This document shows positions 36,593-49,200 of a stretch of DNA of 64,000 bases, piece after piece. The stretch is from assembly GCA_964270895.1 (NCBI GenBank), contig OZ185435.1; one strand, written 5' to 3'. Both the position numbers and the translations under genes were made by a program. Each line of letters starts with the position of its first letter. Positions within the stretch are counted from its first letter, which is position 1. This DNA is from Podarcis filfolensis (Eukaryota). The notes under the pieces were generated by a model. It was given only the letters and a program-made list of their open reading frames with translations. It made no database searches and had not been told where the DNA came from.

Positions 36593-39500
36593 GTAAGTAT
36601 ACCTAACTTTTCTCATATATGTTGCTGTTATTGTGCAGATGGTTAGCTTAAGCGTGACACTGATTGATTTCTTAACTCGGGGTGCAGATGTTGTTGGACT
36701 ATGACCCCAATGATCCCTAACCATTGTCTGTGCTAGCTGGGGCTGGTGGAAGTTGGAGTCCAAAAACATCGCGGGGGAAGGGGACACACTGATTCCCACC
36801 CATGGCCTTAATTTATATATGCCTTCCATTTATAGCCAACCTCATCCTGAAGGGCTGGAGAGAGTAAGTTCTTTAATGGAGCTCTGCTTTCAGTTGACAG
36901 ACTTCCTGGAGACTATGAAAAGCCACACAGCCAGTCAAAACAGAAAATACTTGCTTAGATGGACAAACCGTCTGACCTGATACGATGCAGTAGGAGTGCC
37001 CACAGAGCCTCAGCTCCTAAAAAAGCTCAGGGCAGAATCTCACATGACACTTAATATGGGCTGGTGGTTGACAGAAATGCTGTAGGATATCTCTTCACCC
37101 TGTATCATTGGCTTCTGCTGGTAAGGGCAGGGAAATTCAGTGTGATGATGCCAGGACACTCACAAGTTTTGCTGCATGTTAGGAAAGCTGAAGGGAATAA
37201 CTTAAGACTTGCCTGCTATTTCTAGCAGCCTCATAATGCGCAGTTGTGTCCTGTTTTATTTGCCTTTTAACTTTGGTTATCCTGATGCAAAACATGGAGA
37301 GTTCTCCTTTACATCCTCCTTGTGCTTCAGGACCAAATTACATGTTGAGTGCGAATGCATGTAACAGAAGTCTGATGGAGATTATTATTATTGTAAAAGC
37401 TGATTGGGAGCAAGGATGCAGGGCTGAGCACATAACCCTTTCACTTCTCCTCATGCAGTTTTAAATGTATGTGCAAGCATTCATAGAATCATAGAATTGC
37501 AGAGTTGGAAATGAACCCCCCCTGGGTCATCTGGTCCCTGCAATGCTGTCCCTGGGTGGGCTTGAACCACCAACCTTCTGATTAACAGCCATGTGCACTG
37601 ACCCCCAATTCATAACATTCATTGTAGTTTAGCCCTCAGAAAAAAGAATAAAGTATATTTCCAGGAAAACCTGTTACAATTGTGGTGCAACGTTTTCTTA
37701 GTTTTTAAAAGAAAACCTTCAGTGTCCCCTGCAGCTGTTGATTATTGTGAAATATAGATCCTATATTGTTATATATAGATTTCATTGAGGTAGACTACAA
37801 AATATCCCATACAGGGAGCAGCAAGACAAAATAAACAAAACACCAAGTGGCAACTTTAGGGAGATGTGGCTGTTTCTTTTTGGTGCATTGCAAACTTTCT
37901 AGAAAGAAGACCATTGGGCATAACCCAGTTTTCTTCATCTAGGATTGGTAAATGGGTCCCTCCAAGCAACCAAGTACACATGCAGCCTGATCATATGCAC
38001 ATTGGTCAGAAATAAGTCAAATTTTGTCCAGTGAGACTTTCTCCTAGATCAGCCTGCGCAGAATTTGCAACTTTAAGGTGGTTTGTATACAGCAATGCAA
38101 CACAGAGCTCTTGAACATGCAGGCCTGCTCACAGACTTCACAGGAAGATGCACAGTAGGAGAACTCTTGCAGGTGCATTTTCCAGGCTGTGAGATGGTTT
38201 GCACTAAGAAGGGGAAAGAGACCTATGGCGCTTCTTAAAACAAGAAGACCAGCCCCAAGCTTTGTGTGTATACTGACACACACACAGCACTGTGGCTCCC
38301 CATTCTGGATCCCCATTCCTGTCAATGGAAGAGACAGTAATGAGCAAGTGGAACCTTCTCTCTGTAGAACTGAATAATGAAGATCTTGCAGGCGGGGGGG
38401 GGGGAGGTCTTGCTTTGGAGTCTCCATGCCTGCAAAACACCCATGTATTCAATTGACTGTGTGTAGTTCAGGGAAGGTACTTACCTATTTTATTTATTGT
38501 TTACCATCTAACATACAGTTCAGGTGCAATTTCTGCTCATTGGACACACCTTCCGTCAGAAGGGGGCGATTTTTGTTGATTCTCCTCCCCTCTGCAGCTT
38601 CTTGTGGCCCCCAAAAATCTAATGTTAGAAGACCTTCTAAAACAGTTTGCTGGGAGGGGGTGGATTCTGCGGGGGGTGAAGCAGTATGAGCAGAAATCAC
38701 CTTCCTTCTCCCTTCCACCAGCCTTTAATGGACTGAAGGTCCTTTTGAAAAAGGAAGGACTCCTTCTGTTCACAGAAAGCACAGTTAGGGTCCAGGTCTA
38801 TAAGATGGCAGCAAGTTACAAACCCATTTCCGTTTTGGATTTCAGGAAGTAGTAATTGCTTGCCTATGATAAAGCCTCCTCTTCTCTTCAGCAGTTCTAC
38901 AAATTTCTGAACTAATTCAATTCAGTATCCATAATCAGGCTCGGTTATATTTACATTTCTGCTTTAAAGTCACCTCTTCAGTGGTTTCACATTTTAAATG
39001 CAAATTGTTCTTTTCAATTGTACTGTTTTAAAGAATAAATCTGAATTTCATGTTTGTATTTTGAGGAATCGGATGATTCAAATAGCCTCTGGCTAAATTG
39101 CTATTTTAATAATAAAAGAGATTAGAGGTCTGTCTTGGTGAGGAGAACTGAGAGAGTGTTTTGGCACCCCGTATTGCTGCTGTGACTAGCAGAGGGGGGT
39201 ATGGGACCAGGGGTTGATCAGACCAGGTAAGAAGAAGGGGCATAAGAAAGTTGAAGGTCATTTCTCCTTCTTGGCCATCTTCCACACAAAAGACTTTGGG
39301 TTGCCATAACCGAAAGTCCTCATCCCTGGTCCTGTTGCTGCTAGGGGCCAAATCAGCCCATAACAAGAGATCCCTGACCTACCATTTGATAGTTGATGTG
39401 GTGGCTGATCTGGCATGTATTACTAAGACCTGGAGAGGTGTCCTCGGAGGCTTTGCCCTTCTGGTTACTCGGTGCAGCAGCCACACAAGTTGGAGGGCCT

Positions 39501-42500
39501 AGGGTAGGGTCACTGTTATTCATAGGATTGCAATCTTCTTGACCAGCAAACCCATCCATTTCGGATCCAGTTTCAATGGTTTGTTCGCAGCATTCGAAAC
39601 GCCCACTGTCCTGGGCACATTTTGCGACAAGGAATTTCATTAGCGCAAGCAGTTTCTGAGCTCTGGGTGCAGTATTGTGCCTAAGATTTCAGATTAAAAC
39701 TGCAGAGTGGAAGGAAAGGAGGACCTTTTTCTACCTCCCCACTTCCAGCTACTCTCTGAAGACTGGAGAAGAGACCCTCTTAAGAATATTAGGGGGGCAG
39801 GCAGGGGAAGCATGGCTTTGTATTTTGCAGTCTTCACATGAGAACTAGACCATGTGAAAAATGAATATAATATTTTAGCTGCATTTCATTCATTTTCAGC
39901 TTTGTGTTCTTTCTATAAAAAGTGTGCCTAGACATTCCATGGTTGCACCCATAACCTAGGTTTAAGGTGCCATTTAGCTCCTAGCTTTCGTATCTCAGTT
40001 TCTAACACTATTTGTTCATAGCGTTGGGGCCATCAGGAGCTCCCTAGTGCAGCTGATGGGTTCACTGTCAGTGCCGGTCAAGAAGCCTCACTTTGTCCAT
40101 TTGCAGGTGTGGTTTGAATCCAAACTGCGCTTGCAAACAGACTTCAAAGCAGCTCACTGTAACCACCAATCAGCAGTAATTGAAAGCCCTTTTGAATGTT
40201 GACCACTCTACTGACCTGTCAGTGTTGACCTATGGGGGTGGGAATTAAGAATCTAGCCTGCTGGCCAAATCCAGCGCTCCACCCCTGAAATAAGGAGATG
40301 GAGGACTCAGTAGGTGGAAGTCACTGGAGGCAGGAAAGCTAAGGGTAGGGGACCTAGGTGAAAAGTGGCTGAAGGAAGGGAGTACACAGTAGAACAGGAA
40401 TGGGGAACAAATGTTTATTAGACTCCAGCTCCTACCATCACCACTGCTGCCACGAAGACTTGGTACTTGTAATGGGGATTTTTTCTAAGTGATTCAGTTG
40501 TCAGTTGAGTTTGGGGTTCATTTGTTTAATTAGGATCAGTACTCAGTACTAAGTGAGTTTCACTTGTGACCAAATTTTGTAATATATTCTTGTTTTTTTC
40601 TCCACCCCACAGGCTCTGTATATGTTCTATGCCTTGGCTATTGTGTGTGATGATTTCTTTGTTCCATCTTTAGAAAAAATATGTGAGGTACGTAAAAGAG
40701 GCTTTTTGCTCTTGGAAACCTATGCATTCACAGTTGGTAGACTTAAGGGGGAGAAGGTACATCCCTGTCTGACAAAATGGAACCTATATTATTTCATCCT
40801 TCACATCAAACACGGGACTGTTTATTCTAACCAGGAATGGGGGTGGGTGGGTTTGATTCAGGTCTCATTTGAAGCTGAATCTACTTTCCGAAACAATATG
40901 TGAAGCAAGACATTAATCAAAACTGCATATCATAAAAAATGTGTTTATTACTGCAAAAATGTGAAACCGACAGAACCAAAATGGACAGATCCTTCCATTC
41001 TTAGTTCTAATTGTTTGCGGTCTGCTTCACCCCAGCATCTGAAGGCCATGTCAGCCAAGAATGGCATTTTAAGATTTAGCATTGCTGCCAATCACATACT
41101 GGAATAATGGGTCCCAAATGTTTCTTTCAGAAACTACATCTGAGTGAAGATGTTGCAGGAGCCACATTTATGGCTGCAGGAAGCTCAACGCCAGAGTTAT
41201 TTGCATCTGTCATAGGTAAGATATCTCCTTTGTAGTGTTCATATGCACCAGTTTTCCAAAGGAAAGGGTACTAAGGTGGCTACTACACAGATGTGTGCAT
41301 GGACCACTGGTATTCAAGTCGGAGCCTACTTCACACAGTAATCATACACTGTGTCAGGGGTGGGGAAGTGGTGAGGGCAGATCCAGAGGCAAATATGGGT
41401 GGAACGATGGATGTAACTTATGTTTGTACAGTCAGCTACACTTCAGCCACACACAATGTCCAAGAGGGCCTTCACCCCTTTTGGGATGTTTTTGGCTAAC
41501 AGAGGGAGGTGCTGTTGGCTGTTGAGAGAAGGAGAAACTTTTTCCTCATGAACTTCCTTAAATTCACATCCAAGTCTCTATTTCATTATGCACCAAAGTG
41601 AACTTTAGCATTAAATGCAGACTTCTCTCAGTTTTTCTACATACTTTCTTGTCTTTCTGCTTTCCTCGTTAGACTCATATGCTAATCTGTGTGCATCCTT
41701 CCTCTTGCTTCCTCTGCTTCGATTCTGTACCCTTCCCTCTCCCCCCTTCATTTATTCACCAAATCCTTATGCTGCTCCTCGTCTCCATGCTTCCAGATGT
41801 TGTTGGTGGCCAATGGTTGGAGAAGGTGGGAGTTGTAGTACAACAAAATCTGGTGGGCTATATGCTCCCTTTCCCTGTTCTCGGGGTTCCAGCACTCTAA
41901 GCAGCATTTGGCCCCTCCCACGTAATAATGTATATTATTTTGGGGACCTCCCTCTCTTTAAGTAGCTGCTGCTGTTGATGTTTTGTCATACTGCTACTCC
42001 TCTGGCACAGCTTCTGGGAACACAAGAATTTGCCTTGTACCAAGTCAATCCATTGGTCCATCAAGCTCAGCATTGTTTACACTGACCGGCAGAGGCTCTC
42101 CAGGGGTTCAGGCACAAATCTCTCCCAGCCCTACCTGGAGATGGCGGGTATTGAACCTGGGACCTTCTGCATGCAAAGCAGATGCTCTGCCACTGAACTA
42201 TGGCCCTTCCCAAGGATCGTGTCATTTAGTTGTTATTTTTAGCATATCTATTACCGTACTAACCCCCTCCTTCATTTCTCTCTTTCTCTCTGTCTAGGTG
42301 TGTTTATCACTCATGGTGATGTAGGAGTTGGAACCATTGTTGGTTCAGCCGTTTTCAATATTCTTTGCATTATTGGGGTCTGTGGACTTTTTGCTGGACA
42401 GGTTAGTAGGTTTCTTTCATTTTCTTTACCATTACTTCTCCATAGGAGGGTAAATCAGATAATATAATATGGAGTAAATCTTATATAAAAATCAAAGGAA

Positions 42501-43436
42501 TTATGTGATTGTGAACATAATAAGCTCTGTTCATTTCCTGATGATACCTAAATGAATCAACTTGAAGTAGCTTCACAGTGTCCTGGCTTGTTTGTTTTTT
42601 CATCTGAACCCAGCCCAGCAGACTAACCATGGTTTGTTTTCTAGTAATAACCCATATTGTGAAGCCGTGGTTTGTTGTTGGTTTATGAAGCATAGCTTAT
42701 TTAACTATGGTTGGGTGGTATATCCAACCCCAACAGTCTTGCTTTGGCATGGTTTACATGGACACCTCTGCTCGGGTGTTCACCAAGCTATAGAGCAACC
42801 TGGAAAACAACACAAACTTTGGAGGAACAAGCCATGACTTGTTTGTTCCACTGTAAGATTTGTTGTGGTTCGTTGAACAAACTGTGGTTAAAATAAACCA
42901 TGACTTAGTGTTATGTGCAAACCCAGCTGGTGTGTGTGCAAATATAAAGACACTTGTTTATAAAAAAAATAAATATTGGCTTGAGGGAGACATATCCTCA
43001 GTTCTTGTGATGTAGTTCCATATCTAATGGTTGGATTCATGTCCTGCCTCTTAAGGGAAGCATTTCTTTTGGCCTTATTCACAGAAACAAGAGACTTAAC
43101 AAATGGGCTGTAAGTTTTGGGCTTGCTTTAGTTTCTGTTGACCAAAGTGAATCTGATGCTAAACCCGGCACTTGTATTTGAGCAATTCTTTTAAAAACAT
43201 TAAATAAGGGTTGGAGGGAAGCAGCAGGTTTCGGATTATGGCATATACATTTTTTAACTTTTCCCTCCCACGTCACAATCCCAGTGAAAATCCCCTCTCT
43301 CCAGAGGTGTTTTTCGGCTCTGGAGGGAAATCTGCTCTTCCTCTTTCCAGAGTACCTCTCTCCAACACAGCAGGCTGAGTCACAAAGAACTGTAGAATAT
43401 TCCCCTGTAGCTTTGTTGACACTGTCCTTCCTTGGG

Positions 43437-43478
<42 letters not shown>

Positions 43479-45739
43479 GCACCTGTTCTTAAAATATTAA
43501 TGGACATTCATTAAAGTTTACCAAACAAGTAGAAATATTCAACTTTGACATGGAGAAAAAGCACAGTATGTTCATTCGAATATAAGGAGAACATTAGGTA
43601 CTTCTGCTATTCAGATGAATGTTCTTTAGAATACTTCGTAATTACTAAAGAATTACTTCTTTGGAATACTCATCTGAATAGCAGAAGTACCTAATGTTTC
43701 TCATTATATTCAGCTGAGCACACAGCCCTTTCTCTACTTTGCAAACCTGAATATTTCTACTTTCATGGTAAATTGTAATGAACAAGAGGTGCAGTCCAGC
43801 CAAAATGAAGCACTTCAAAGTCCATTGCTTTCACTGGAAAAGACTTGTGCATATGCTCAATATCCTGTGGTTGTCGGTGGGATTTAAAAGTGTCCTTAAC
43901 TTTGAATTATTCCCACAAAGCATCACACTGTATAACTGTTTTCCCTGTGGGTGCTTAATCAGACAGAATTAAGACTGTGTTGTTCAGAATTTTTCTTACG
44001 TCAGAGTGAAGCAGTTCTTCCGTAATAGCCCTGAATATCCCACAGCAGCTGTGGGGGACCCTTTGTTCCTCCAGAAGTTTCTGAACTACAACTCCCATCA
44101 TCCCTGGCCACTGGCCATGCTTCCTGGGCTTGCTGGGCATTGTAGTTCAGCAACATCTGGAAGGCCAACAGTTCCCCCGTCCTATCGTATGAGGGGTTTC
44201 ATTCAATGTGGTAGGGTACCCTGGATGAATACCCATGTGGCTACTGTTTTCTGATGTCTCCCATGTGGTTCTTAAAACATAAGAACATAGGACCATAGGA
44301 AGCTGCCTAATACTGAGTCAGACCATCAGTCCATGTAACTCCCTGTTGCTTACCCCATCTGGTAGTGGCTCTGCATGGTTTACCTACTACTGAATTTTGG
44401 CAATTTTGGCCCTTTCCCTTGAGATCCAGAACTACCCTTCTTTGATAGCAAAAGAAGGTAAGAGACCATGCATGTTGTGTTGGGTGGGCAGGATTGCATT
44501 GAAATAACCCATAGACCATATTAGCACGGTTCTTACTACATTAACATGGTGCCCTCCAGATGTTGTATGACTACAGTTTCCATCCTCCACAGCCATTATG
44601 GCCAATGGTCAAAAATGATGGGAATTGGCATCAAACATCATTTGGAGAGGACCAGGTTGGCTATCTTGTCCGAAGTCATATGTGATGAGCAAACAGAGAG
44701 ATGTGCTTGCATATGTGAACCGGCGCTTTGTTCATTAGCATTGCTCATGTATAGTAAAGCTATGCAACCAGGTATTTTCAGAATCAGTCCTTTAAAACCC
44801 TAAGATGAAAGGAAGGCTAAGGAGTAATTCTGGAGTAACTCTGTCCTCTTTCCAGGTGGTCCGTCTCACCTGGTGGTCTGTGTTCAGGGACTCTGTCTAC
44901 TATACCATTTCTGTGATCGTGCTTATCGCGGTAAGTTTCCATTTTTGACCTGCTCCTCCATGAAGTGGTGAAGGGCCTGAATTTGAGAAGTGCTGTTGTC
45001 CCCAGAAAGTTCTTGTTTGTTTTAGGATTTCTTATGAAAAATCAGTAGATGAGGTCACTTATGATGCTTAAAACTAAATTTAAAACTAAATTTAAAAGCT
45101 CAAAAAACTACTGAGCTGTGAATCTAGCTGCTGTTCCCATTCTCAAATGGAACTGGAAGTCCTCCCACTTATGATGTTACCTAGGAGAGTGCAGTGTTCA
45201 AGCCCCATGCAATCCATCATTGCTGGCTCCATGTTTGAGAGGGCCCTGGGCAAGATGGTCTCTGGTGGCACTTTGATTAACCCAGCTGACAGTGGTAGAG
45301 GGAGCAGCAATGCTTCAAGCAGCTCTGGCTGGCTGGGTCTAATTGCCATTCTCACAATGTTCCCAGAGCAGGGAACTGCATTCTGTTGTAGGGGAGAACT
45401 GCATGCAAATGCAAATACATGAACAAAGTCTTAACTCCCCCCCCCCAGTGAAAAACCAATATTAAAAACATATCTCCAGATTCCAACAGGAGTGGGGAAG
45501 ACATTGGGAGACCAGTTTAGAAATGGTTGAGTAAAGTAACCTGCAATGTTGCTACTCAAAACTACAGCCTTCCCAGGGCCACTTTTTATTTAAAAAATAA
45601 TACATACGTCAAGTAGAATAGGAACATTGCCACCCGACCCCACCCCCACTCACCATACCCCCCCTCCACCTCTTTCCCCCTTTTCTTTCTAATGTAACAC
45701 TAAATGTCTCAACAAGTGAAACTGATCTGTAGAAAATGT

Positions 45740-45792
<53 letters not shown>

Positions 45793-46229
45793 CTTACTTA
45801 TACCCATCCCATTTGGCTGGGTCCCCCCAGACACTCTGGGCAGCCTCCAACAGGAGATTAAAAATACATTAAAACCTCAGTCATCAGACCTCGGTCCAGT
45901 ATACCTGAAGGAGCGTCTCCACCCCCATCATTCTGCCCAGACACTGAGGTCCAGCGCCGAGGGCCTTCTGGCGGTTCCCTCGCTGCAAGAAGCCAAGTTA
46001 CAGGGAACCAGGCAGAGGGCCTTCTCGGTAGTGGCACCCGCTCTGTGGAACGCCCTCCCACCAGATGTCAAAGAGAAAAACAACTACCAGACTTTTAGAA
46101 GACATCTGAAGGCAGCCCTGTTTAGGGAAGCTTTTAATGTTTAATAGATTATTGTATTTTAATATTCTGTTGGAAGCCGCCCAGAGTGGCTGGGGAAACC
46201 CAGCCAGATGGACAGGGTATAAATAATAA

Positions 46230-46261
<32 letters not shown>

Positions 46262-49200
46262 CATCATCATCATCATCATCATTAAAAAACTTTATTATTA
46301 TTATTATCATTAAAAAACTTCCCTAAACAGGGAAACAATAAAGAGACATTGCACATACTTTTGTAAACCAAGAAATCTTTAATAAAAAATATGTTTTAAA
46401 AAATGGGGGGAAAAATGCCAGGGCTTCATGATACACCTGTGTGTAATATTTCATATACTCAGTGCTGTTACACCTAATGCACCATCTGTGAGTCTGGATC
46501 TGCATCCGTACAATATAATTGCCACCTTGTTGTTGTTTAGTCATTTAGTCGTGTCCGACTCTTCGTGACAAACACCCAGTTTAGATATGGTGTTGAATTT
46601 GGCCTTGACTGCCACAACAGTTATACAGTATCAAACATTTATAGTGGTTGAAAGTATTTTTCTGCCCAGAAACCATTCTATGCCAGACATTAATATCTGC
46701 CTCTGTTAAGCCTTTTCATGTGCTGTGTAATGTACTGGAAATTCGTTAAATTGCTCTAGAGAAATATAATTCTTCTTTTCTCTCTCTCCTTTCTCCTCCC
46801 TTTTAGTTTATCTATGATGAGAAAATTGTATGGTAAGCTGTGGTTCTTATTTCTTGCACATGGATTGAGGATTAGAATGTAACCTTGTCTTAAGTATTTT
46901 GGGCCATATGACAAGAGAGAGACCCCTGGCTTGAGCCCATTCTGTCATTGCAATGCCGATGATTGAAATAAGTGAATGGTTAGCCAGGGTGAAGGGGCAG
47001 GTGAAGGTCACGTAGCATTAGATAAATGAATAAAGTGATGCTACAGTGTTTCAGGGAAGTCTTTGCTGAAGAAAGGTGTCTCAGGAGAGGGAAATGGTTT
47101 GGCAAGCAGAGTGGCAGAGGCTGTTAGATCTAGAGAACGCCAGTTCAGGAGGTAACAAGAGAGAAAATGGAGCTGAAAGCAGAAAGGATGGCATGAGAAG
47201 AGGCTAAAGAGATGAAAGGCCCAACAAGCCAAAAAAAGTAATTATGAACAAATTGGGATCCGAACTTCCAAATAATGCAGATAATGAGACGAGGTGCAAA
47301 GGGAAAGGGGGAGCAAAGAGCTTTTGCCCATGACAATAGTTAGTTTACTTAGCTTATTAAATTTATGAATTGCTTCCCGCAACAAAAAGCCCCGAAGAGG
47401 CAAATCTGTTTGCATGAACGATGGGAGCCCTGCATGCACAAAAGGCAGAAAATAATTGCTCGCAGTGGTATCAGTGGTGCTTTCCCAAGAAAAGTACGCT
47501 TTGTGGCCTAGTGACAGCACTGCTAATTGCACCTGGTACTTTACTAATTTCCTTCTTTTTATTTCTTTGAGGTGGGAAAGTCTTGTGCTCATCATTATGT
47601 ATTCGTTCTATATACTTATCATGAAGTAAGTACTTTTCTTTTCTCCCACTGATCTTTAATTGTGTTTGGCTATTGTTAATCTGGGGGTGCATTGTGATTT
47701 AATGCATGCCTAATGATTACTCAGATAACATCACCTTTTCCTTTTATTGCTGTAACATTCCCCAGGTTGGATAGATTTTTGGATATATATTGTGTACAAA
47801 AAAGCAAAGAGAGTTAGTAGTTTGGCCCTGTGGAGGCTGCCGTAGTACTGAAGGGAGTTGCAACTAAGAAGAAATACTTCTGTGGAAATTGGGTTTCTTG
47901 CCTTCCATTGTCTCCTTAAGCTAACCAAACCCTCCCCTCCAAATCTACTCCAAATGATTGCTGGTAGGGATGGGGAAGAAATTTAATTCAGTTTGCATTT
48001 GAAGGCAAACCTATCCAATTCTGAAACAAATGGAAACTTAAAAACAGCCATCCTTTGACATTTACACTTCTCTGAAATATGCACTGCAGTTTTCCAGCCA
48101 TCCACTCTGTACAAATATGCATAACAAGCTGCTTTGGAAATGTGGAGAACTGAAACTAAGACTGGAAAATTGAGAAGCTGAGAGGAACCAAAACTTATGG
48201 TTTCACCCATTCCTAGTTAGGGGACCCTCTAGGACAAGGTGGTTTGGTGTGGTGTGCGGACTGCAAGGGGGAAGGGAATTTGGTAAAAATGGCCTCCTGG
48301 GCTGTTCCACTGATGAAAGGCATCCTCTAGATCAAAGAAACTTTAATCAGTGGAAGGAGTGGATGGCGCTGTGGTCTAAACCACTGAGCCTCCTGGGCTT
48401 GCTGATCGGAACATCGGTGGTTTGAATCCGTGCGACAGATTGAGCTCCCCTTGCTTTGTCCCAGTTCCTGCCAACCTAGGAGTTCAAAAGCATGGCAAAG
48501 CAAGTAGATAAATAGGTACCACTGTGGCAGGAAGCTAAATGGTGTTTCCATGCGCTCTGGCACTCATCAAGGTGTCCTTTTGCACCAGAAGTGGTTTAGT
48601 CCTGCTGGCCACGTGACCCGGAAAGCTGTCTGCGGACAAATGCTGGCTCCCTTGGCCTGAAGCGAGATGAGTGCCACATCCCATAGTTGCCTTTGACTGG
48701 CCTTAGCCATCCAGGGGTCCTTTACCTTTTACTTTTTTTACTATTAGATATAACCCAGTGTAAGTAAATACATGACTTGCAGTAGGAGAAAGGTTTGATC
48801 TTGAGAAAGATCAAAAGTCTGATATGCATGGGAGATGTTCTCTCTCTTTCTTCTTCTTCTGTTGCTGTTCATCTTTTTCATTTCATAGACCAGAAGTAGA
48901 CAATGGTCATGTTTTCTTGCCATGTTGAACAATAGTTAATGGTTTGCCATGATCACACATAAAAGGGCTCTGTTCTACCCACTTGCCTGCAGAGAAAGCA
49001 AACCGTTACATCTGAACCAGGGATTGTGCCTTGTTTGAGGGAAGACCCTTATCCCAGTAGTAGAGTAGCTGCTTTGGATGCAGAAGGTCCCAGGTTCAAT
49101 TCTGCTGCACCTCCAGTTAGGGCTGGAACTGGGAGAGAACCTTGTATGAAATGTGGAGAGCTGCTGCAGGAAGTTAATAATAGTGTGTGTTCATGTAGCA

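Noticed and set aside
8141-37603. tRNA-like sequences (Ile, Lys, Asn, Ala) as real tRNA genes
   Set aside because: All show CpG decay and broken stems and are fused to LINE-like tails, so they are SINE heads.
316-37603. All five Ile/Lys/Asn SINEs are antisense to SLC24A4
   Set aside because: 5 of 5 has a two-sided probability of 1/16 by chance, and other families here are mixed in orientation.
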